49,870 nt of DNA, taken from NCBI GenBank assembly GCA_001275005.1, contig JWZX01003394.1, positions 1-49,870 on the forward strand. Reading direction: 5' to 3'. The notes beneath the pieces were generated by a model, which was not told where the DNA came from, did no database searches, and worked only from the letters and a program-made list of their open reading frames with translations. Position 1 is the first letter of the stretch. Every line of letters starts with the position of its first letter. Both the position numbers and the translations under genes were made by a program. Positions 30,657-42,127 of this stretch are shown in pieces. Source of the DNA: Chrysochromulina tobinii. Lineage: Eukaryota.

Positions 30657-33600
30657 TCAACGCTTATCCTTGATTCCTTGCTCGTAGCTTGCAAGGACCG
30701 TCTGAAGATGGCCAACCTCCCCGTGCAGACGGTTGATGCATCGGCGAAGGTCACAGAGGGCTTTGTTGTAGGCAGCTGCATGGTCTGCCATACGCTGCTC
30801 CGGGGAGGTGCGGTTCATGGAGGCTGTCACGTTGCCGAGTGCTGCTGCCAATCCGCGACCCATATTCCAGTCTTGCAAGTGCGAGAGGTTCGAGACCTGA
30901 TGTGCACACGCATTCAGCACGGCGTGGCGCGTCCAACGAACCGCGTCCCATGCGTCGCGAACGGCCTTTTCTTCCTCGGCGGCATTAAATGGTGGCAGTG
31001 CTTCGACTCTCAGCTCACACTGAGTTTGCGCAGACGGCGAGTCAGTCACATCCAAGCTCGTATCACTTGCGTAGCAGGAGCCGCGACCATAGGTCGAACC
31101 CCTCAGACTTTCCGAACACGAGCCCCGCATTCCCCCACCCGAGCCGCGAAGCGAGTTGCTAACGTGGCGCGAGCAGAGGGTAGCGTGAACAGCTAGGCCC
31201 TTAAGCACCATGTCCTTGGCCTCGCATGTCTCCTTTAGCAGTTGAGGCGCGAAGAGATTGTAGTGGTTCGCCTCAAAGATGGGGAACGGCTGCCACTGCA
31301 GCGTATTTGGAAAGGACTCTGACACTCCCAGGTCGTGGTGCTTGCAGATGAGAACCAGTTGCACCCGGCCACCAGGATCGGCCAAGATGATCTTGTCTTG
31401 TGCAAGGTGCCCAATGAGTCCAGTGACTCGACTGCACCGGCAATGGAGCTGTATCGCAACTCCTCTTTGATCGCATTGCATTTCACCTGCAGCTGCTGAC
31501 GTAGCGCAATGATTCCGTAGAAGAACTTCTGAACGGCTGTGAGATGGGATTCGGAGCCTACTTCAGGACCCATCCAGTTCTTGCCGTTGGCCCAATCCTT
31601 GGGCACTTTGGATGTCTTGCCCGTTTGCATGGCCTCCTCGAGCTCGCGCAATTGCGACCAATCCGATGCACTCAATGGCGCATCTGAGATCTTTACGTGT
31701 GGAGGCAGCCCGCTCAGCCCCTTCTGGGGCACAAGGACACGAAGACCTGTCATCGAGCTCTGTGTGTAAAGGACGACCACATATGTGCCTGGACGAAGAG
31801 GGGGACTCGCCACGTCGCCGCCGTGGACTGCTGCATTGGCCTCGGCTGCTTTGCAAAGCTTTTCAATCCAAACGCGCGGCGAGAGCTCTCGAGCTGGCGT
31901 CGCGGCGACAACATCTCGAGCCGCCGCGAAATATTCGTCCACAGCAATCTCTGTCGCCTGTGCCACTCCGACCATCTTCGCTGCGACTCTCGCATTCGAT
32001 CGCCACGCCAAGCTACGAGGACGACTGGCACCCATGAGCGGCTCCGCCTCATAACTACTGAGAAGGAAAATGAGGATTGCGCCGCTGGTGGTGAGCAGGG
32101 GTGCACTGTGGAGCACACCAAGCGACTTTGGTGCGAAGCTGCCCAGCTGCTCGGCCAGCGCACATAGTGCGCTCCAAAAGCCCGCTCGCGTTTCGTCGAG
32201 GCTTTCCTTGCCGAGGCGTTGCATCATCGCTGCATCCGTAGTAGCTGCAAGGGGATGCGGCAACTGGCGAGGGAGTTCGTGCAGCCACACATGATCCTTC
32301 AACGTAAGTGATCCCTTCTTCAACTTGGTCAGAGGCATGACGCCTCGCTTGCTGAGCATCGTCCCCTCTGAAGGACAGAAGGCGCCGATGCAAAGATAGA
32401 CGGCTTGTTCGAGGCCAACGGCTTCTTCGTCGACATCAAGCTCGGGGAAAGCCTGACTCATGAGCATCTCGCTTGCCCGTGCCACACTGCAGTCGGATGT
32501 GTCGTCTAGAAGGTTGAGCGCTCGTGACTTGAGCTGGCTTGCAATCAGGGCTTCTTGTGGGTCAATGACAGAAGCGAGTTTTTGCAACGTGCCTGCGCCT
32601 TCAGGGCCACCCGGGGTCGGTAGCGCAAAGAATTGAGAGCGCATCGCGTCCACCACTGCAGACGGGCTCAAGCCAGACGGGAGCGACATCGTTTCGAGGA
32701 GGTCACACTTGCTGATGCACAGAAGGCACGGCACACCCTTATCTTCAGCGATCGTCTGGGCGATGCGCCACTGATTGATCGTGTCCCGTGGTACGAGAAT
32801 CGGAAAGACGGGCTGCACAGCTGCCCGACAGGTTACGGACATTCGGTGCTCGCCCTCCATTGCAAGCGGCGCGGCTTTGTCCGGCTCGCAGTTCGAGCGG
32901 CGTTTGTTCGGCGATGCTTCCTGCGTGTAGATCGGCTCATTGAAGCTCGTTGCGGATGCGACGAAAAGCACGGCGCGCACACCAGCGCCAAAGAGTTCTG
33001 CCTGTGCGGGACAGAAGGACAAGAGATTGATGAGCATCCAGTGCGGCTGCGTTTGGCACACGCCGATCCAGTGCTCACGCGTACCTTACGCACAGAAGAG
33101 CGTCCTTGAAACACAGAGGTCGAGCTGCGCAGTTCCGAGTTCGTCTCGTACACGCAAATCTGATCGCCCGGGAAGCAGTTGATGCGCGTCTCCTGCTGCC
33201 CGATGGTAGGGATGGCGAGATGCAAGAGGTCAAGCTCTTGAGGGACAAACTCTGGGGAGCAAAGTCTGTCAACGTTGGTCGCGAAGTGGTGGACCGACTT
33301 GCGCAATTGTGCGTCGTCTAAGGTTTTCACCGCCGCCTTTATGGACTCCTTGGCCCACAGGAACGTGACGTCGTCGGCGACCTCAGCTGAAACGGTTGCT
33401 CGACGCTTGAGACCTTTGATCCTTTCCATGGCTGCGTGTTCCTCGGGAGTTCTTGACGCGTCGTGCACGTGCACACCTTGGACGACCTGCTTGAAGAGTG
33501 TCACGGCGAGCTTGTGTACTTCACGCGAGTACCGTGCTGCCTCCGCTGCGTCCAGGCCATCGTGAGACATTTTGAGCTGACGTATGAGTGTCGTCTTGCC

Positions 33601-34002
33601 CGCACCTCGTTCTCCGAGCACGACTAGCCATCGTGAAGGAGCGCTGACCACGTTCGACTCGGAGCCGAGGCCGAGTGAGTCCAACTTATCGGGTTCTGCG
33701 CTTGTGCTCCGACCACCCGTCGAGGTGCGGTGTGCGAAGAAACTGTAGAGCCGACTAGCGGTGCCGTCGCCTCCCATAGTTGTTGAGCCGCGACGAGAGC
33801 CTCCCGTAGTTGCCGAGCTGCGACGGGTATGAGATGTGTTGGCCCATGTCAGAGAGCTTGTTCTCAGGCGGCTCGTCATCCGGAGCGAAGCCGGCATGGT
33901 GAGCCGGCGTTCAGTCCTTCTCGGGCCGTTGGTTTCCATCGATGTCACTATGTCCGGAGGTATCGTGGGTCTATGTGGAGGCGCGGACACCACGCAGCCC
34001 AT
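30657..34002 (-). CDS. Large G-alpha-like protein (degenerate GTPase motifs) fused to an ANKFN1/wide-awake-like C-terminal region; intron 33084-33002; frameshift near 31400
   Basis: MGCVVS acylation signal, VVLGERGAGKTTLIRQLKM, helical-domain-like LWAKESIK, FVPQELDLLH, VRAVLFVAS and LCISKCDLL. A phase-0 GT-AG intron joins the first two ORFs. Protein-like sequence continues in the next frame (DKIILADP...WDAVRW) to the stop at 30657. Confidence 0.78.
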
Positions 34003-34309
34003 GATCTCCGATCGTAGCGCGAGCAGGCTTGGACAGGACGGAAGCTGGTGTTCTGCGGTGCGCGAATCGCCGCACTCCGCAACTTTTTCTGAGGTGCGCG
34101 AAAAACTTGCCGCTCTCAGAAGTGTACCGGTACCGGTACAAGTTTCGGCGTCGGTTACACCGTGTTTTTAGATGTGGGTATGGTATGCGATAGTGGGCAT
34201 GGTATGCTTGGGAGTTGACGACACGCTGCAATACCTGGCGGAATGCGGCGGCGTGTCTGTGATACTGTACTTTCACCGAATCGCGTGTTGACAGAGACTC
34301 GCCGCACCC

Positions 34310-37300
34310 TCAGGGCTCGACGAATGTAGTCTTCCCAAGGTCGCTCTCACGCACCCAGATGACGCGGTCCTCTTCCATGTCGAGGACCGACGTGTCCCAA
34401 TGCAGCGGCGGCAGCTCAATGGATGCGGTCGGGTTGCTGCGTTCCGCGGCTGGCGCGGCCTCCGCCACGACGTTGAGGGCGGCCTTGGCTCTGGCGAGCG
34501 CAGCGTCTGCGGCGCGGCGCACCTTCTCCGAATCGAGCTGCGTTCTCGTCTCCTCTAGCTCGACGACGAGCGAGTACGCATAGGGCGCGTAGCAGTACAG
34601 GTGCACCGGCACGTCCATGTCCTTCTGAAGCGTCGTGGCTGACTCGGACGCGGCCTTGCGCGACTGACTAGACACGACGGCGGGGACGCTGGAGGCGGCC
34701 GCGAGAGCGGGAGCGACGGAGGACGGTGAAGGTGCCTCGCCCTTCGCCACCGCGACGGCCACGTGCGCGGTGTAGGCTTGGGCAATCTGCGCCAGTCGCA
34801 TGGCACGTCGCTCGAAGCGTACCACGAGCTGAGGCGGCAGCTCGGGCAGTGCACCGTACCCGTCAAGCGACCACATGCACGGCCGACACAGTCGGAAGAC
34901 GGCGAGGTGCGCAAAGAACTTGCGCACGGCGGGGGCCCAATGTAGCAGCAGCCGCCAGTAGCAGTCGCCCAAGATGAGGCCGCGCAGCTTGATGGCTTGG
35001 TCCTCGGGCAGCAGGTCCCAGTGCCGGTAGAGGAACTCGATTCCCTTAAGGAGCACCTGCGCGTGTTCCGACTCGAAGATGAGGCACATGCCCTCGAAGA
35101 AGAAGCCGAAATCGAACGTGGAGCGAAGCAGAGGCTGGGACACGGGCGCAGCCTCGAGCTCGGTGCGCGAGCGCACCGCGTCCGCCTGCAGCCGTGCGGC
35201 CAGGGAGGCCATCCACGAGCCGATCAGGTTGAGCGTCGTTGAGACGGCGCACACGTCGTGCACGGAACACTTGCGGAAGGTGATCTTGACGAGCAGCGAG
35301 TGCAGGTGCGTGCACCTGAGCAGCTGGTTGGTGAGTTGGACGAGCGGCTCGGAGTACTTGGTCACTGGGCTTTCGCGCAGCTCGAGCAGCAGGCAGATGA
35401 GCTGCGTCTTGAAGCCGGGCAGCCGTGACCACGCGACGAAGTGCGGCGGCGTCGAGCTCTCGAGGGAGTCGCACACCACCTGCATCCACTCCCAGAAGAA
35501 TCGACAGAACATGTGTCCCCGCCGGCGCAGTCGCTGGCGCCACGCGGACTGGCGCATGGCCACGTGCAGCAACTGCTCGGCGGCCTGCAGCGCCGCCGCT
35601 TCCTCGGGGCTGAGCGCCTCAGTACTATCCAACCCGGACTCGCGGCTACCGCTCAATGCTTTGTTACGGGAGGACGTGCGCTGGCCGCGCCGAAGCGGCC
35701 GGCGTGTCTCCTCCAGGAGGGAGTCATGCGCGACGACAGCGTCCGCGGCGGTGGCCAGGCTATCTTCGTGTTCACTGTCGACGCTCATCGAGCCGAGCAG
35801 CCGACTGCCCATCCTACTCTTGAGGACGTCTTCCATGGAGGGCACCGCGGGCATCATGACGGACGGGTTAGACGCGGCGGCGACGGCGGTGACGGGCGCG
35901 TTCATTTGGCCCACATCGGGCGACGATGAGACCCGAGGGGTGCCGGAGGTGGCGAGCACGGCGGCAGCGGCGGTGGCGGTGTTGGCGCCCGCGCGCGCGA
36001 CACGCGCATGCAGACGGCGCCAGTCCAGCGGTGGGTGCTCCTCGAGCCCTTTTTGGGCAAAGAGCGGCGCTTCGTCGGCGCAGTCGAGGGAGAAGGTGAT
36101 CCCGCGGAACTCGGGCACGTCGTTGTTGAGGACCTCTTCGGACTGTAGCGTCGTGAGCAGCGCGTACCCAAACTGTGGCAGTCGGAAGTAGCATGAGGCC
36201 ATCGTCGCTGCGCAGAAGTCGCGTAGCGTGGGCCCGTCCCCGCCCGCGGGTGGATCGCCGACGACGAGTAGAATCCACGCGAGCGTTCGCTGCTGTAGGA
36301 TCGACCAACGGACTACGTGCGAGAGCGGCGTCACACCGATCCCGCCCGACGAGGCATCACGCAGCGTGCAACCAATCTCCGCACGCGCGAGCAGCAGCCG
36401 AATGAGCAGGTAGCAGTCGGCGCGCGCGTCAAAGCCGAGGGCGCGCGACTCGAGGCCCGCGAGCAATAAATCCCACAGGGCGAGCATCTGATGACGGCAC
36501 TCATAGAGGGCAGTCAGGTCGCGGAAGACGAAGGAGACGAGAGACTCCTTGTGAGAGACCCGAAGCAGCTTGGCCAACTCGGCCGCCGCCGCGCGCCGAG
36601 CACTCTCGTGGCCGCTGTGAATGGCGCGCGAGAGCATGAGCCTTAGAGGGCCGAGTCGGGCGGCGCCATCGCCCTTGAAATCATGCGCCGCGAGCTCGGC
36701 TTGGGTTCTCTTCATCGCTTCGTCGCCAATGACGAGCGGGCCTGTGAACGCGACGCCATTCTCGGTGAGCGTCCCGTGATGCATCTGCTCGAGCACCGGC
36801 AAGTCGACGACCCGAAGAACGCCCGAGAGGACGCCGACCACCCGTCCATGCGAATAGAGCGGCTCGCGGAAGGCGACTTCGCGCGGACCCAATGGGGCGC
36901 TCGACTCGGCGCCCGCGGCGCCGCCGTTGCCGTTGCCATGGCCTCTGCTGCGCTCGCTCGCCGCGGCGAGGCGTTCATCGAGCGATGCGCCCTCGGCCGC
37001 GGCGGCCACTTTCGGCGGCGCCAGCGGCTCTATGGGGGGCAGCTCAGGCAGCGCTGTCGTGGCGTCCGTGGGCCGCCCGAGGTTCGGTAGCTCCTGCAGG
37101 CATTTCTCCATCACGAGCCAGGCCTTGGCCGCGCCGTTGGAGCTCTCTGGTTCGCCCGGGACGGCGCCCGCCTCTCCTCCGCCGACCCGACGCTCTCCTC
37201 CGCCCCCCGACCCTCGACTGAGCGAAGGAGAGCTATTGCGCGCCACGACGCCAGCCGCCGCCGCTGCCGCCACCGCCGCGCTACCGAAGCTGCTGCGGCT

Positions 37301-39991
37301 ATCGCAACGGCTGTCCGATCGGCTCTCGTCCGTGCTCCACCCGACGTGGGCCGCCAGTAGAGGTGGCGGCTCCTCGCCAGTCGAGGCTCTTCGTGGCGGC
37401 AGGTTGCCTAACATGGGCATGTTGCCAAATATGGGCACGTCGCCTAACATGGGCGGCCTCATGACGGCGTCCTCGTGGGCATCCTCCTCTCCACTCATGT
37501 CGGTGTTGGTCGACCGGACTGAGTTCTTGTGCTCAACACTGCGCGCCTCTCTACCTGCACGCTTAGGCATTGGGCTGGGTGGCGGGGGCATTGGGCTGGA
37601 CTCGATGGACGCCGACGCCGTGGCGCTCGCAAGGTTGGCTCGGTAGGCCGCCATGTAGGCAGGTGCGGTATCGGCACGAAGCAGTGGCGCCGGAATCATA
37701 TGTGGAGATGCGTTAGATCTGGCGTCGGGCGTGAGCATCCGGGAGATGGACGTACTGTCGAGCGGGGCGGCGGCGGCAGCAGGGCCGCTTTCACGGCTTA
37801 GGCGCTCGTCACGGCTCGCCCTCTGCGACCGTGAGCGAGCAAGCCCAGCCGACGCGGTCGCAGAGAAGGAAGACCAGTGAAGCTGCAGACGCAACGCACC
37901 GTGACGGACCTCCCAGAAGGCTCCGTGATGCTCGATCGCCGGGAGGTTGTCCACTGCGGCATCGAGAGCTGCGGGCGTTCCGCTGGGTGCAGAGGCGGCC
38001 TGCGCGGCGGCGGCATAGGCGGCATCGTGCGCGGCGGCGTGCGCGGCATCGTGCGCGGCGGCGGCGAGGGTGGCGGGCTGTCTGTCGAAGACTGCAGCAG
38101 ACGGTAGGGCGAGGGCCGGCGGAGAAGGTCCTTCACGCGGTCCTTCACGCGGTCCCTCATGTGGAGAAGGTCCTCGCGCGTGCAGCGAAAGCGGACTGAC
38201 GCCCATCTTTGGAGTGGACGAAGTCGACGAAGCGGCCGGCGTCACGGCCGCAGCTGATGCAGCTGATGGAGGCCTGCCGGCAGCCGCAGCATCGGCCGCC
38301 GCGCTCGAGCCCAGGACGGCGCTCAAGCCCAGGACGGCGCTCGAGCCCAGGCCGGCGCTCGAGCTCAGGCCGGCGCTCGAGCTCAGGCCGGCGCTCGAGC
38401 CCAGGCCGTAAGTGTGAGCTCTGCCGATGCATGGGGATCCGGAGGGCGTCGGCAGAGGCGTCGGGACCGCGCTCGTGACGGCGCTCGTGACGGCGCTCGT
38501 GACGGCGCTTGTCGCGGTGGAAGGCGTACTGCTTGGCAGCTCGTTCTCAGGGGTGTCTGGGGCGACGCTCGCCCCTCCTAGGCTCGCCCCTCGTGAAAGC
38601 TGCGCCGGACTGCTACTGAACATGAGCTGCGCCGGACTGCTGCACGACGAGGGTCCACCCGAGAGGTCGCGCGAGGGCGGCGGCACGCGCGGCGGCGGCG
38701 ATTGAGCGGCCCACTCGATGTCGATCGGTGTACCTGGGGAGGCGAGCTTGAGCAGCGACGTGGGGCTGCGCCACTCTTGTTCCTTAGAAGCCGTATCCGT
38801 CGAGCCCGACGTGAATATGTACGAGAGCGAGAAGAGGTACGAGCGCGAGGGCACGGCGTCGTTACATGCAGGCTCGAGCGCCTCGGGCTCCAGATGGACG
38901 CGCACCTGTGGGGAGAGGAGAGAGGGCGTCGTGGTGAGCACTTGCATGCAGCGGAGGGCTCGAAATGGACGCGCACCCGCTCCAGCTGCAGCTTCCACGT
39001 GCGCAGCTCCGAGACGCGGCAGCGGAACGCCAGGCGCCCACCCGTCGGCGTCTCATCCGCCTCTGCCCCAGCTGACGACGCATCCGAAGGCATCTCTACA
39101 GTGGTACCGCTGGACGCGTCGTCAGCGGCGCCGTTGGCGCGCGCCTTGTCGGCGAGCGTCGTCACGAGAGGGTGGTCGTTGCGCGTTGGGCCACTCCCGA
39201 GCAGAGGCACTGGCAGCCGCACGCGCCCGAGCACCTGCGGTGGCGACGCGCTTGCCAGGCTCGTGGCCTCACCATTCGAACCGTCTTCTCCATCCTCGCG
39301 ACGCGCGCCCAGCACGGCGCCTAACACGAGCACATCGAGGGTCTGCGAGGGGCGCAGCGAAAAATGGATGAGCGGGGGCCTCGGGCTGTGACCACACACG
39401 CAGACGATGCGCCCGACAGACAGCCCAGCGCACGCGCGAGCAGGCACGCACCTCGCCGTGGATGTGCAGTCGCTTGGTCACATGCTCAAAGGTGAAGCGA
39501 TCGTCCGCGAAGAGGACGTGCTCACCGGCGCTCGGGTACGGTAGTGTCCTAGTATGCATCGTCTGGCTGCTGCCCCAATGCAGCGCGACAAACAGGGCGC
39601 TCGGAGGACCCGACGGATTGTAGCCAAGCAGCGCTTTCCGTAGTGAAGCGGCCATCGGCCACTTATTCCAAGCGCCCATCTCGTGTTGAGGCAAATTGCG
39701 CAGCTTGAGCCGCGTAATGGCAACCTGCAGTCGGACTTCCTGATCTCCGTCGGCATCATCCGCCATCGAGGAAGCATCTATCGTCGTCGACTGCTGGGAA
39801 GCACCTGCTGCCTGCGGCTTTGAACGTGCCGCGTGCTTACTGGCCCGGTCCGGGCTCTGCCCGAGTGTGAGCAGCAGCGGCTGACGGCGGCGGCGGCGGA
39901 GCCAGTAGAGCACGAAAGCTAGCAAGGCCAGCACGAAGGCCAAGACAAGGCGTCGGCTCGTCGCGATTGTGTGGCTTCCTGGCTTCCGCAT
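34310..39991 (-). CDS. Very large membrane-anchored protein with N-terminal C2-like region, long low-complexity linker and C-terminal DUF1765-like domain; introns 39451-39343 and 38976-38906
   Basis: N-terminal transmembrane helix followed by poly-Arg. Two phase-0 GT-AG introns join three ORFs. C-terminal FCAATMASCYFRLP, IEFLYRHWD and LLHWAPAVRKFFAHLAVFRL resemble DUF1765. Confidence 0.72.
38301..38408. repeat. Coding minisatellite, 6 x 18 bp (GLxSSA-type peptide repeat)
   Basis: gcgctcgagcccaggacg-like unit repeated six times. 12-bp repeats encoding TSAV and PREG lie nearby. Confidence 0.95.
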
Positions 39992-40472
39992 GGGGTGGCG
40001 CGGGGGGGAGGCAATCACTCATCAGAGAGGAAGAGCCCAGCGCAGCGCTCCTAAACTTCGAAACCGCCCCCCGATTCCACGCGAATCCCGGGTTTGTGAG
40101 ATTGTGAACTTGTGTGAATTTGTATTATATCTCTAACACGCCACGCGCCTCGGCCGCCCCTCGCTCAGAGCTCAGACGCTTTTTCCCAATTGCTTTTTCC
40201 CAACGAAGTATGAAGCAAGTAAGTAACAAGAACCGCCGCGGAGCGGCAACGGCACACGTGGCACCGAAGCATGCAAAGCGCAATATGCCGCGGCCTTCCC
40301 CACCTCCGCTCCACAGGGTACCCCACACCGCAGACTAACCGCAGACGCGCTGAACAACCCACCACAGCCGACAGCGTCAGCGACACGCGGAGCTCATTCC
40401 CAACTCACAAATGTAATTGTATCCTGAGATACAGTAATTGTACGCGTATCGCGATGTAGGTTCCTACTAACT

Positions 40473-41615
40473 TCAACCCAGAGCTCCATACTCCCCGATG
40501 ATCCCTCCGACCTTGGCCTTCGCGCCAGCGGTCGACGTTTTGACCGGGGCAGCCGCTCCCTTGCCTCTGGGCGGCGTCGGGCCGTGTCTCATCAGCGCGC
40601 CGCCCGACGCCGCCGGCTTGCACTCCTTGTGGTACGGCGTACCGCTCACCGTGACGCCCGCGCCCGCAATCTTTTTGCCGCACCCGGCGCACTCGGGCGC
40701 GAACGCCTGCACGTGACATTCGGCGCAGAAGGCATCAGCCTTCTCGGCCTTCCACGGGACGCCGACGAGGCTCTTTGTGCACGTGATGCATTTGAAGCAC
40801 TCCTTATGGAACTTCCCGAGCTTGTCCGTCTCCATGACGGCTCCGCCCTGGATCGGCTCGCCGCACCCGGCGCACCGGCCGAGGTTCCTCCACTGCGTCT
40901 TTATGGCTTGGCTGGCGGCGCCCGATGCGGCAGGTGCCGCAAGCTTGGGTGGCCCCGCACTCTCACGTGCGCGAACCTTGGCCTCGTCACCTTCAAACGC
41001 CGTGGCAAACTCGATGACCGCCATCGAACCGAAGATTTTGTGGGATCCGATCTTGGCAACGGCCACCTTGTACCGCTCGTCGAAGAGGCACAGCCTATGG
41101 CCTCGATCGCGCACATTGTCGTCGATGATAAGGTCCTCTACGACGGCCTCAGACGATGAACCCTCGCGTCCGAACCATAGGCACTCGCCGCACGCGCCAC
41201 TCCACACTCCGTATCGACTCTGCCGGTCACTTGACGATGATCCATCGCGTCCGTCGTGCCCGATGGTGCCAAGCTCACCCTTGTCAACGAGATGGTCCTC
41301 GGCCGCCAAGCGAAGAGCGCGGCGTGCAATCAGATCGACAGGCTCGTGCAGGTCCGGCAGCGCCCGCAACTTTGAGACATACGTGATGGCGTCGTGCACT
41401 GCTGCTGTGCCCTCCTTAGTCGCGACTGCCACCTTGCCACCACGCTCGGGTGGGTAATAGTCCTTGCCCTTGAAATGCTCAAGGCGCTCCTCAAGCCGTT
41501 TGATGAGTGCCTTGGGGTTCTTGCGCACTGCCGCGATGGCGGCCACGAGCGCGCTCTCCGCTGCAGCAGCGTGCAGGTCAACCGGCTCGGCAGTGTCTCG
41601 TTCTTTCTTCATCAT
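40473..41615 (-). CDS. CAP/SCP-domain protein with C-terminal LIM domain(s)
   Basis: CAP motifs AAEDH, IGHDGRDGS, DRQSRYG, GECL and LIIDDNVRDRGHR. One LIM domain (CAGCGEPI...FHKECFKCITC...FCAECH) plus a half LIM (CAGCGKKI...YHKEC). Confidence 0.88.
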   Translation of the reverse strand: MMKKERDTAEPVDLHAAAAESALVAAIAAVRKNPKALIKRLEERLEHFKGKDYYPPERGGKVAVATKEGTAAVHDAITYVSKLRALPDLHEPVDLIARRALRLAAEDHLVDKGELGTIGHDGRDGSSSSDRQSRYGVWSGACGECLWFGREGSSSEAVVEDLIIDDNVRDRGHRLCLFDERYKVAVAKIGSHKIFGSMAVIEFATAFEGDEAKVRARESAGPPKLAAPAASGAASQAIKTQWRNLGRCAGCGEPIQGGAVMETDKLGKFHKECFKCITCTKSLVGVPWKAEKADAFCAECHVQAFAPECAGCGKKIAGAGVTVSGTPYHKECKPAASGGALMRHGPTPPRGKGAAAPVKTSTAGAKAKVGGIIGEYGALG

Positions 41616-41844
41616 GCCTGTGGAAAACATGCAATGACTGCAATGAGAAAACACAACTTATTCAAACCTTTCAACACACCACACGTATAAAACAGCATTC
41701 ACAGCAGGAGCGAGATGCTGCGAAGGACCATCGTGCATCGAAATGAGGTTCATGCAGATGGCGAGCGGAGCGGAGAACAACAAAAACTCCAAAAGAGAGT
41801 GCGGCGACCCAATCAATTGAGGGCGACCCGGCGAAGAGACAAGA

Positions 41845-41900
41845 GAGTGAGTGAGTAAGTGAGTGCAATTGAGTGAGAGTGAGTGAGTGAGAGAGTGAGA
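41845..41900. repeat. Degenerate (GAGT)n microsatellite in divergent intergenic region
   Basis: gagagtgagtgagtaagtgagtg...gagtgagagtgagtgagtgagagagtgaga is directly visible. Confidence 0.85.
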
Positions 41901-42127
41901 CCATTCACAACAGACCAACAAGTACGAGCGAAATCGCGCACGCACGTCAAGAACAACCACCTCATTAAGTGTACTTCATTTGCAATCTCGGCAAGACGCA
42001 CAACCACCAATCCCGTGGAGACACACCGTGGAGGGCGCAGGCATCCACTATGGTGTTCTTTGCCACGAGAGATTTCTGGTCGTTTCAAGAATTAACGAAG
42101 CTCTCTGAAACGTCCAGAGAGCGTTCC

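Noticed and set aside
30237..31196. 319-aa plus-strand ORF
   Set aside because: Antisense to the 3' end of the G-alpha fusion gene, with no motifs.
31449..31486. 38-nt GT-AG intron as an explanation for the frame change in the G-alpha fusion gene
   Set aside because: Much shorter than the other introns here (71-123 nt), lacks a pyrimidine tract, and would remove the LGTLH segment that parallels the earlier LGVLH. A 1-nt deletion is simpler.
38301..38510. Tandem 18-bp and 12-bp repeats as a possible CRISPR array
   Set aside because: No unique spacers, unit lengths are multiples of three inside an ORF, the context is eukaryotic and there are no cas genes.
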